From sequence record OR842557: a stretch of DNA of 64,000 nt. One strand, 5' to 3'. The position numbers were made by a program, and so were the translations under genes. Numbering within the stretch: position 1 is the first letter of the stretch; each line of letters begins with the position of its first letter. The notes beneath the pieces are model-generated. The model saw only the letters and a list, made by a program, of their open reading frames with translations. It ran no database searches and had not been told where the DNA came from. Source of the DNA: Escherichia phage 04086. Positions 1-8,482 of this stretch are shown piece after piece.

Positions 1-63
1 GATGATAACATGGACTGCAGGCTAATGAATGACGAATACGAAAAAGTTTAAGAGGTTATATGA

Positions 64-240
64 ATGACGAATTCGATGGATTTTGATAAGATTAAATCTG
101 ACAAAAATGAGATGATACTTCAATTTGAAGCCGCTCGTATTAAAGCAGAAAATGAAGGTACTATTACCTATAAGCCTATCAAGTTCAGGTCTAATCACGA
201 ACCTCTGTACGGTGTATTAGTTGGTAAAGGAGCTTAGGCT
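64..240 (+). CDS. hypothetical small protein (58 aa)
   Basis: ATG with AGAGG upstream; below ORF-track cutoff; stop lies in terminator hairpin. Confidence 0.3.
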
Positions 241-249
241 CCTTTTTTG
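228..249 (+). terminator. rho-independent terminator-like hairpin
   Basis: AGGAGC-TTAG-GCTCCT inverted repeat followed by TTTTTT. Confidence 0.55.
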
Positions 250-291
250 CTTTATATTTGGATGATAAAATGAACCAACTGAGGAGAACAT

Positions 292-435
292 ATGGAACTA
301 CTTTTAGGATATGTCGTGTTATTCATGGCATTCTACACATTCACACGAGCTTGTTGGATAGGATTCTTTTCCACTCCTGACGGGTTCATTTCAATAATTT
401 TATTTTGCATTGCAATAACGGCGCTTGGCTTATGA
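292..435 (+). CDS. small hydrophobic membrane peptide (47 aa)
   Basis: GAGGAG RBS 5 nt upstream of ATG; hydrophobic; stop overlaps gene 47 start (ATGA). Confidence 0.35.
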   Translation: MELLLGYVVLFMAFYTFTRACWIGFFSTPDGFISIILFCIAITALGL

Positions 436-1937
436 AAATATTAAACACAGGTGACTGGCACCTTGGAGTGAAGGCCGATGATGTGTGGGTACAAAATATC
501 CAACGTCAAGGTATCCAAGACGCTATTAATTATTCTAAAGCAAATGACATTACTGTATGGATTCAATACGGTGATATCTTTGACGTTCGTAAAGCAATTA
601 CCCATAAGTGTATGGAATTCGCTCGCGAAATCTCCGATTTGCTTAAAGCCAACGGCATTACCATGTATACGGTCGTTGGCAACCATGATATGCACTACAA
701 AAACACATTGACTCCGAACGCTGCTTCTGAAGTTCTGGGTAAATACGACCATATCAAGGTTATTGAGAAACCTACTACGGTTAATTTTGATGGTACAGAA
801 ATTGATTTGATTCCATGGATGTGTGAAGANNNNNTGTTAACTTTGATGGCACCGAAATTGATTTGATTCCATGGATGTGTGAAGAAAACACGACCGATAT
901 CATGGACCATATCAAAAATACTACAGCAGATTTCTGTATTGGCCACTGGGAATTAAATGGTTTCTATTTCTATAAAGGAATGAAATCTCATGGTTTAGAA
1001 CCTGATTTCCTTAAGAGGTATAAGCAAGTTTGGTCAGGCCACTTCCACACCATTTCTGATGCAGCAAACGTCAAGTATATTGGTACGCCATGGACCCTGA
1101 CTGCAGGTGATGAGAACGACCCTCGTGGCTTCTGGATTTTCGATACAGAAACCCATAAAATGGATTTCATCATCAATGNGCATATCAAAAATACCACGGC
1201 AGATTTTTGTATTGGCCACTGGGAATTAAATGGTTTCTATTTCTATAAAGGAATGAAATCTCATGGTTTAGAACCTGATTTCCTTAAGAAGTATAAGCAA
1301 GTATGGTCTGGCCACTTCCACACCATTTCTGATGCGGCAAACGTTAAGTATATTGGTACGCCATGGACCCTGACTGCAGGTGATGAGAACGACCCTCGAG
1401 GATTCTGGATTTTCGATACAGAAACTCATAAGATGGATTTCATCATCAATGAAACCTGTTGGCACCGTAAGATTCATTATCCAAACGCGACTATCGATTA
1501 CAAAGATTTTACAAATATCGCAGTTCGTGTTATAGTCGATAAAATCGATGANTGGCTTCTGGATTTTCGATACAGAAACCCATAAAATGGATTTCATCAT
1601 CAATGAAACCTGTTGGCACCGTAAGATTCATTATCCAAACGCGACTATCGATTACAAAGATTTTACAAATATCGCAGTTCGTGTTATAGTCGATAAAATC
1701 GATGATGGCCTTACCAAGTTCGAATCTGAACTTGAAAAGGTCGTCCATTCTTTACGTATCGTGTCTAAGGTAGATAACAGTGTTGATATCGATGATTCTG
1801 AAGAGGAAGATGAAGTTAAGTCCCTCTTGGATATGATGTATGATTATATCGATGCCCTCCCTGATGGCCACACTGAAGACGATGTTAAAGCCCTTAAGAC
1901 TATGGCCGCACAACTTTATAATGAGGTTACACGATGA
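432..1937 (+). CDS. 47: recombination endonuclease subunit gp47 (Mre11/SbcD-like)
   Basis: phosphoesterase motifs GDWHLG, GDIFD, GNHD; upstream of Rad50-like gp46; ORF track splits it in three only because of N-junction duplications at 830, 1179, 1552. Confidence 0.9.
780..884 (+). repeat. N-flanked near-identical duplication (N at 830-834), likely scaffold-join artefact
   Basis: ~50 bp before the N run repeats after it with a few mismatches. Confidence 0.7.
907..1451 (+). repeat. N-flanked near-identical duplication (N at 1179), likely artefact
   Basis: ~270 bp unit present twice with ~3-5% mismatches inside gene 47. Confidence 0.7.
1399..1703 (+). repeat. N-flanked near-identical duplication (N at 1552), likely artefact
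   Basis: ~150 bp unit repeated either side of single N. Confidence 0.7.
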
Positions 1938-2197
1938 CTTTAGATGAATTCAAAAAATCAGGACTTGAACTGGAGCATGACTGTACAGTTATTGATGACG
2001 ATAACCAAACGAATATCATTAAGTTCTGGTTTGAAGCCGTGAGCACTCGCGATACCAACGAGCTTATTAAAGTTTATGTTGCTACTGATTGGGCTGTGGA
2101 ATTTAGCTTTAATGTAATGGTAGATGATACTCCAGAAACATTAATTCATATGGCTGAATCATGCATCAAGGATGCTTATAACGATGAAGACTTTTAA
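1934..2197 (+). CDS. hypothetical acidic protein (87 aa) between genes 47 and 46
   Basis: ATGA start/stop overlap with gene 47; 3' end overlaps gene 46 start. Confidence 0.5.
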   Translation: MTLDEFKKSGLELEHDCTVIDDDNQTNIIKFWFEAVSTRDTNELIKVYVATDWAVEFSFNVMVDDTPETLIHMAESCIKDAYNDEDF

Positions 2198-3866
2198 GTT
2201 AAAGAAAGTAACGTATAAAAATATTATGTCGGTAGGCCAGCAACCTATTACAATCCAACTTGACAAGGTCCAAAAGACCTTAGTCACCGGTAAAAATGGT
2301 GCTGGGAAATCTACGTTCCTTGAAGCCGTTACATTTGCTCTGTTCGGTAAGCCTTTTCGTGATGTTAAGAAAGGGCAGTTGATTAACTCAAGTAATAAGA
2401 AAGACCTTTTGGTCGAACTGTGGATGGAATATGATGGCAAAGAATACTATATCAAGCGCGGGCAAAAACCCAATATTTTTGAAATCTCTTGTGGCGGTGA
2501 ACGTCTTGATGAATCTGCCAGCAGTAAAGACTTCCAAGCAGAATTTGAACAGCTTATCGGAATGTCATATACCAGTTTCAAACAGATTGTCGTACTTGGT
2601 ACAGCAGGGTATACCCCTTTCATGGGTTTGTCGACCCCTGCGCGCCGAAAGCTTGTGGAAGACCTCTTAGAGGTTTCTGTATTAGCGGATATGGACAAGT
2701 TGAACAAATCTTTGATTCGTGAGACTAATAGCCAAATCCAAGTAATCGACGTTAAACAGGATTCTATTATCCAGCAAATTAAAATTTATAATGACAACGA
2801 AGAACGTCAGCGTAAATTATCAGGTGAGAACGCAGCACGTCTACAAACAATGTACGATGAGCTCGTTAAAGAAGCCAGGACTGCGAAGGGCAATATAGAA
2901 AAACTGACTGATGAATTACTCAATGTCATCGTCGATGATGACCCTAGCAACTCTATGAGTGACCTGAGCAATAAAGGATTTGCAATCAAGAATGATATGG
3001 CAACCTTTACTAAGGTCGTGAAATTATACGAAACCGGTGGTAGTTGTCCTACATGTATGCAAGGACTGGAAGAGCATGGAAATATCCTTACTAAAATTAA
3101 GGATAAGAACTTTGAGCTTCAAAAATCTTTGGATAAGATTAATGAGCAGTACCAAGAACTCAAGCTCATTAAGGACCAAGTAACCGAACAACGTAATAAA
3201 GCGCTGGCTATTAAATCTCAGATAGCTACTCATAAGCAACAAGCCATTACTGCTGTAGAGAAAGCTAAAAAGGTTAAAGTATTAATCGACCAAGCCGCTG
3301 CTGAGTTCGTAAGTAATGCCGAAGAGATTGCCGCGCTTCAAGCAGAGCTTGATAAAATCGTCTCTACCAAATCGTCCTTGGTAATGGAAAAATACCATCG
3401 TGGAATTCTGACAGAAATGTTGAAGGATACTGGTATTAAAGGTTCCATTATTAAGAAATACATTCCTATCTTTAATAAGCAGATAAATTCTTATTTGAAG
3501 ATTATGGAAGCCGACTACGTCTTTACCCTAGACGAAGAATTCAATGAGACGATTAAATCACGTGGACGTGAAGACTTTAGTTATGCTTCATTTTCACAGG
3601 GTGAGAAAGCACGTATTGATATCGCACTACTTTTTACATGGCGCGATATTGCTGAAAAAGTCAGTGGGGTCCACATTAGTACATTAGTGTTGGATGAAGT
3701 TTTTGACGGAGCAGTTGACGCTGAGGCTGTTAAGGCGATTGCAAGTATTCTTAATAGTCTTGAAGACAGTAATGTTTTTATAATCAGCCACAGGGACCAT
3801 GACCCTCAAGCATATGGTCAGCATTTACAAATGAAAAAGGTAGGTCGATTTACAATTATGGAATAA
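2184..3866 (+). CDS. 46: recombination endonuclease ATPase subunit gp46 (Rad50/SbcC-like)
   Basis: Walker A GKNGAGKST, coiled-coil with CPTC hook, C-terminal LVLDEVFDG; ~560 aa class; start taken at MKTFKL. Confidence 0.92.
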   Translation: MKTFKLKKVTYKNIMSVGQQPITIQLDKVQKTLVTGKNGAGKSTFLEAVTFALFGKPFRDVKKGQLINSSNKKDLLVELWMEYDGKEYYIKRGQKPNIFEISCGGERLDESASSKDFQAEFEQLIGMSYTSFKQIVVLGTAGYTPFMGLSTPARRKLVEDLLEVSVLADMDKLNKSLIRETNSQIQVIDVKQDSIIQQIKIYNDNEERQRKLSGENAARLQTMYDELVKEARTAKGNIEKLTDELLNVIVDDDPSNSMSDLSNKGFAIKNDMATFTKVVKLYETGGSCPTCMQGLEEHGNILTKIKDKNFELQKSLDKINEQYQELKLIKDQVTEQRNKALAIKSQIATHKQQAITAVEKAKKVKVLIDQAAAEFVSNAEEIAALQAELDKIVSTKSSLVMEKYHRGILTEMLKDTGIKGSIIKKYIPIFNKQINSYLKIMEADYVFTLDEEFNETIKSRGREDFSYASFSQGEKARIDIALLFTWRDIAEKVSGVHISTLVLDEVFDGAVDAEAVKAIASILNSLEDSNVFIISHRDHDPQAYGQHLQMKKVGRFTIME

Positions 3867-3871
3867 GCCTC

Positions 3872-4588
3872 TTATTGAGGCTTCATTTTGCAGTTATCGA
3901 AATGCCAACGATTCATATTACCGGAATTCCCTTGTTTACCACAATGAGGGCATTCTACCTTCTTTTCTGTTTTTTTGCGCCCGTTAGGATTTTCCTTACA
4001 AAAAACTTTATGAGACGCAATAACACAGGATTTTCCTGAAAGGCCACAGAATTCACATTCCACAATTTTATAGACCATGTTTTCTAGGCCTTTCTTTATT
4101 TTTAATTTTCGCTCTTCAGATATAGAGCGGTCCACTTTATTAGGGCCTTTAGGGCAGTTATCGAAATGCCATCTGTTCATATTGCCTACCAATCCGGTTT
4201 TGCCGCAGTGTGGACATGTAACTCTAGGCTTTTTTAAAGCGGAAATTGACATTTTCTTTCTGGTTTCTTCCGAGAATTCTTTATCCTTTTGGACTTCTGA
4301 ATTCTTACGACGAAGCCATCCAAATAATTTATTTTTAGACCTATCAGCTTTTGGTGAGCTAACTGTCATCATTCTTGCTGCATAGACTAAGGATGCGTTA
4401 TCTGGATGGATTTTAACTAACAACTGATGAGCCAAGTAATGTTCTTCAGGTGTTAAGTCTACCAAGTTTAAAGCGTCATCCGTCCCACCCATGCATTGTG
4501 GTATAATGTGATGACGTTCTTTATAGGTAGTTAAATTTCTATTAACTGCTCGTTGAATAAGCTTTTCGTATATTGATTTATAATTCAT
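3872..4588 (-). CDS. freestanding HNH homing endonuclease with zinc-finger-like repeats
   Basis: HNH core ERHHIIPQCMGG..N..EEH; CPHCGK..GNMNRWHFDNC occurs twice with a degenerate CxxC copy between; antisense to flanking early genes; first ATG at 4588 preceded by AAGGAT. Confidence 0.8.
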   Translation of the reverse strand: MNYKSIYEKLIQRAVNRNLTTYKERHHIIPQCMGGTDDALNLVDLTPEEHYLAHQLLVKIHPDNASLVYAARMMTVSSPKADRSKNKLFGWLRRKNSEVQKDKEFSEETRKKMSISALKKPRVTCPHCGKTGLVGNMNRWHFDNCPKGPNKVDRSISEERKLKIKKGLENMVYKIVECEFCGLSGKSCVIASHKVFCKENPNGRKKTEKKVECPHCGKQGNSGNMNRWHFDNCKMKPQ

Positions 4589-4624
4589 TATCAAATCCTT
4601 ATTTGATACAGCGACCGATAAAGA

Positions 4625-4632
4625 TATTTATA
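4625..4632 (-). promoter_or_regulatory. T4-type late promoter TATAAATA upstream of HNH gene
   Basis: exact TATAAATA on minus strand ~37 nt upstream of HNH start. Confidence 0.5.
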
Positions 4633-4826
4633 TGGCTTCTAATTTTATAACAGGCCAGCATTTGTTGGCCGCTCCGGAAATAAAGAGATATGTTTTAGTT
4701 AACAACTTCTCCGGTGACGAACACCTTGTTACTGAAGATTATCTCCGAAATGCTTTTACGTCAGAGTATGATAAAATCATGTCGAACAGGAACCCTGCCT
4801 GGTTCGTTTATGAATACTTTGATTAA
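4632..4826 (+). CDS. hypothetical protein (64 aa), 45.2-like position
   Basis: ORF between 46 and rpbA/45 slot. Confidence 0.5.
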   Translation: MASNFITGQHLLAAPEIKRYVLVNNFSGDEHLVTEDYLRNAFTSEYDKIMSNRNPAWFVYEYFD

Positions 4827-4888
4827 ACGTTAAGTGCTTTAAAATATTGATTTATAATACATCTACCAACCAAATGAGAGAAAATATT

Positions 4889-5302
4889 ATGTTTGCTAAC
4901 GCTATTACTGTTAAAGATATCCAAGTTAAAACCATTCGTACCGATTCCAACCCGCACAATCAAAATCGTATTCGTAAATCATGGGTACTGAATATTGATA
5001 CCAACTCTGCACGTCGTCTGCAGTCTCTTCCACAAGAAACTAAGTTCATGCTCTACGGTATCATTGATAACGACGTATCCGATAAGTGGGTAGAAATTAT
5101 GCGTCGCCATTATAATGATTCACTGGCCGCAGGTGCTAAACTGGTTATCGACCGTGATGGTTCTGAACGTCTCGAAGATGATTATTGCGTAGATTTTGAC
5201 GAACAGTTGCTTGAAGCCGGTGCTATTGTTGCTTCCCAGATTCCAGAGTATATTGAATCTCTGCCTGAATCCATTCGTAAACAAATGATCGTTATTGCTT
5301 AA
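4889..5302 (+). CDS. rpbA: probable RNA polymerase-binding protein RpbA
   Basis: ~137-aa ORF immediately upstream of gene 45 (synteny with T4 rpbA); start taken at MFANAIT. Confidence 0.5.
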   Translation: MFANAITVKDIQVKTIRTDSNPHNQNRIRKSWVLNIDTNSARRLQSLPQETKFMLYGIIDNDVSDKWVEIMRRHYNDSLAAGAKLVIDRDGSERLEDDYCVDFDEQLLEAGAIVASQIPEYIESLPESIRKQMIVIA

Positions 5303-5326
5303 TTTTTGACTTGATAAGGAAACATT

Positions 5327-6239
5327 ATGAAATTCTCTAAAGAAACTCTGAACATTCTGAAAAACTTCTCCAGTATTAACCCAGGTATCATGCTTAAGCC
5401 TGGTAACACTATTCTAACTCGTTCAGTAACGGGTGCAAGTTATGGTGAAGCTACTGTAAGCGATACCTTTGATATCGAAGCCGCAATCTATGATTTGAAC
5501 GGCTTCTTAAGTATTCTGTCATTGGTATCTGATAGTGCTGAAGTTTCGGTAAGTGAAGACCAAACCACCTTAATTATTAAAGACCAACGTTCAACTATTA
5601 AATGGCCTATTGCCGACCCAAGTACAATCGCATTCCCAAGCAAAGCTATTCCATTCCCGGTGGCTGAAGTTATTTTTGACCTTAAAGCCGAAGATTACCA
5701 ACAGTTGATGCGTGTGTCCTCTGGATTGAGTATTGATACATTTGCTATCACTGTAGACAACGGTAAAATTGTAATCAATGGCTACAAACAAGTTGATGAT
5801 AAGGACCTGGCACGTCCATTGTATTCCTTAGTGGNGCACAATTGCATTCCCAAGCAAAGCTATTCCGTTCCCGGTGGCTGAAGTTATTTTTGACCTTAAA
5901 GCCGAAGATTACCAACAGTTGATGCGTGTGTCCTCTGGATTGAGTATTGATACATTTGCTATCACTGTAGACAACGGTAAAATTGTAATCAATGGCTACA
6001 AACAAGTTGATGATAAGGACCTGGCACGTCCATTGTATTCCTTAGTGGTTGCAGACCATGATGGTCCTGAATTCAAATTCATTATCAACAAAACCAATAT
6101 GAAAATGATGCCTGCTGATTACCATGTATTGCTATGGGCTCGTGGTGAAGGTCAGGACGCTCGTTTCGCAGCCAAGTTTGAAGGTTCACAAGCTTCTTAT
6201 GTATTGGCTATGGAAGCAGGCTCAAGCCACTCGTTCTAA
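5327..6239 (+). CDS. 45: sliding clamp gp45
   Basis: 228-aa class, conserved order 45-44-62-regA-43; contains N-junction duplication at 5835. Confidence 0.9.
5622..6048 (+). repeat. N-flanked near-identical duplication (N at 5835), likely artefact
   Basis: ~210 bp of gene 45 repeated with mismatches. Confidence 0.7.
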
Positions 6240-6245
6240 AGCATA

Positions 6246-6274
6246 GGGAGGAGATTCCTCCCTTGGAGTATAAT
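6246..6274 (+). promoter_or_regulatory. GC hairpin followed by TTGGAGTATAAT (promoter-like -10)
   Basis: GGGAGGA-gat-TCCTCCC stem then TTGGAGTATAAT; same 12-mer after the hairpin upstream of gene 43. Confidence 0.4.
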
Positions 6275-6300
6275 GTAAAAACAAACCTGAGGAAATTAAT

Positions 6301-7260
6301 ATGCTTACAGTAAACAATAATGAATTCATGTGGGAACAGAAATATCGTCCAGGTACTTTATCTGAGTGTATTCTGCCGGCGCATGATAAAGAAACCCTCC
6401 AAGCCATTGTTAATAAGGGCCTAATCCCTAACATTATCCTAGTCTCTGCTTCACCAGGCACAGGTAAAACTACCGTAGCTAAAGCATTGTGTGCTGATAC
6501 AAATTCAGATATGCTGTTTGTTAACGGTTCTGACTGCCGTATTGATTTCGTTCGTAATGAACTTACTCGTTTTGCATCTTCAAAATCTATCGAAGGTAAA
6601 CGTAAGGTAATTGTTATCGACGAATTCGACCGTGCCGGTGTTGCTGAAGCTCAACGTCACCTTCGTTCGTTCTTAGAAGCCTATTCCTCAAACTGTTCTG
6701 TAATTATTACAGCAAACAATATTGATGGTATTATCGGCCCACTTCAATCCCGTTGTCGCGTTATTAAATTTGGTGAAGCCACTCCAGCCGACCAAACATC
6801 CATGATGAAAGAAATGATTCATCGTGCTGTAGCAATCTGTAAAAACGAAAATATCGAAGTCGAAGACCTTAAAGTTATTGCTGCTTTAGTTAAACAAAAC
6901 TTTCCTGACTTCCGTAAAACAGTTAACCAACTGGACCGTTACTCATCCAGTGGTAAAATAGATACAGGCATTTTGAGTATTGTAATGAATACCAATTCGC
7001 CTATTGATGAAGTAGTGGCTGCCCTGAAAGATAAAAACTTTAAAGAACTCCGGGCATTAGCTCCACGTCACGTCAATGACTATTCCAACTTTATTATGTC
7101 ACTGGCTAACGAACTCTATGGTAAATTGCCTGGACCAAGCATTGTTAGAATGTACGAAATTGTCGGTGAAAATAACCAATACCACGGTATTGCGGCTAAC
7201 CCAGAAATTCACATGACTTATCTGTTCATCCAACTTGCTCTGGAGCTCCAATGGCTATAA
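6301..7260 (+). CDS. 44: clamp loader large subunit gp44 (AAA+)
   Basis: Walker A SPGTGKTT, Walker B VIVIDEFD; 319 aa. Confidence 0.92.
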   Translation: MLTVNNNEFMWEQKYRPGTLSECILPAHDKETLQAIVNKGLIPNIILVSASPGTGKTTVAKALCADTNSDMLFVNGSDCRIDFVRNELTRFASSKSIEGKRKVIVIDEFDRAGVAEAQRHLRSFLEAYSSNCSVIITANNIDGIIGPLQSRCRVIKFGEATPADQTSMMKEMIHRAVAICKNENIEVEDLKVIAALVKQNFPDFRKTVNQLDRYSSSGKIDTGILSIVMNTNSPIDEVVAALKDKNFKELRALAPRHVNDYSNFIMSLANELYGKLPGPSIVRMYEIVGENNQYHGIAANPEIHMTYLFIQLALELQWL

Positions 7261-7823
7261 GTCTTTTTGATGATGACGTTGAACTGAACGAACATGAAGT
7301 TGCTTGGAAACAACGTAACGATGCTGCTATTCAAGCCTTGGCCGATTCATTTAAAGAAAAGGCTGAAAACGAATTGTTTGCCATTATGAACGATATCACA
7401 TATGGTAAGAACCAACGTAACTTGGCTCAGTCGGAAAACTATAATCAATTTTGGCTCGATAATAGTTTGAGCCAACATGTGGATTGCATTATGCAAGCTG
7501 CAATGGTTAACTGTTTGAAACTTGATGACCAAAGTCATTTTAACTATCTTTTACACGCGGTTCCTAAGGGTAAGAGATTTGGTAAATGGGCTAAGGCCCA
7601 TGATGATGAAGTTAGTGTAGTTTTTATTACTCGTTTATTGATGAAATACCATTCAATTAATAATGATGACGCTTATCGTTATCTCGAGACTTATAAAATT
7701 AAAGGCCATCTTCCTGCAGTGCTTAAGAAGATGAAAGGGTTGGTTACGGACGAATTCCTTAAATCCGTAACCAAAAATGTTAAAGAACAAAAAGACTTGA
7801 AAAAGAAAGCATTGGAATGGTAA
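7251..7823 (+). CDS. 62: clamp loader small subunit gp62
   Basis: overlaps gene 44 end; ~190 aa; synteny. Confidence 0.85.
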   Translation: MAISLFDDDVELNEHEVAWKQRNDAAIQALADSFKEKAENELFAIMNDITYGKNQRNLAQSENYNQFWLDNSLSQHVDCIMQAAMVNCLKLDDQSHFNYLLHAVPKGKRFGKWAKAHDDEVSVVFITRLLMKYHSINNDDAYRYLETYKIKGHLPAVLKKMKGLVTDEFLKSVTKNVKEQKDLKKKALEW

Positions 7824-7829
7824 ATTAAA

Positions 7830-8192
7830 ATGATTGAAATTACTCTGAAACAACCTGAAGACTTCTTGAAAGTGAAAGAGACCCTAACTCGTATGGGTAT
7901 CGCTAATAATAAAGAAAAGAAACTATATCAATCCTGCCACATTCTGCAAAAGCAAGGGCTATATTATATCGTCCACTTTAAAGAGATGTTGCGTATGGAT
8001 GGCCGCCAAGTTGATATCGATGGTGAAGACTACCAACGTCGTGATTCGATTGCTCAGCTTCTTAAGGAGTGGGGACTGATTGATATTGTAGATGAATCTG
8101 AACTGTTCGAAATCACCAATAACTTCCGTGTCATTTCCTTTAAACAGAAAAATGACTGGGAATTGTTGTCTAAGTACACTATAGGTAATTAA
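7830..8192 (+). CDS. regA: translational repressor RegA
   Basis: 120 aa, strong similarity to T4 RegA as recalled (MIEITLK...TRMGIANNK). Confidence 0.92.
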   Translation: MIEITLKQPEDFLKVKETLTRMGIANNKEKKLYQSCHILQKQGLYYIVHFKEMLRMDGRQVDIDGEDYQRRDSIAQLLKEWGLIDIVDESELFEITNNFRVISFKQKNDWELLSKYTIGN

Positions 8193-8193
8193 T

Positions 8194-8400
8194 ATGAGTT
8201 CAATAACCCAACTTCAAGTATCCGATATGGGTGGGATTAAAATTCCTGCTCCTAGTTGGATTAATCTTCCAATTGACGAACAGATACAGCATCAAGTTAA
8301 ATTGGCTTTATCCGAAAGTCAAGAACCACGTGCTATTATGGTCTTCACATATGATAAAGACCGTCATCCTCAAATGCAACGTCAGGTTATTGAAATTTAA
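8194..8400 (+). CDS. hypothetical protein (68 aa) in regA-43 intergenic region
   Basis: ORF only; no recognisable motifs. Confidence 0.3.
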   Translation: MSSITQLQVSDMGGIKIPAPSWINLPIDEQIQHQVKLALSESQEPRAIMVFTYDKDRHPQMQRQVIEI

Positions 8401-8403
8401 GCA

Positions 8404-8434
8404 AAGGGACTTCGGTCCCTTTTTGGAGTATAAT
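8404..8434 (+). terminator. hairpin + T-run followed by TTGGAGTATAAT (terminator and/or gene 43 operator/promoter)
   Basis: AAGGGAC-TTCG-GTCCCTT then TTTT then TTGGAGTATAAT, ~50 nt upstream of gene 43 ATG. Confidence 0.5.
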
Positions 8435-8482
8435 AATTCATCAACAAACAAAAGACAATCACTCGTCTATAAAGGAAATGAA

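Noticed and set aside
5296-5326. MotA-type middle promoter upstream of gene 45 (TGCTTAA box)
   Set aside because: At the expected spacing the -10 is TAAGGA, which is the gene 45 RBS, and the predicted start would coincide with the ATG; not convincing.
8231-8482. 5' extension of the DNA polymerase ORF giving a 987-aa protein
   Set aside because: Extension has no RBS, overlaps the regA-43 intergenic hairpin and upstream small ORF; the conserved polymerase N-terminus begins at MQEFYL (8483) with an AAAGGA RBS.
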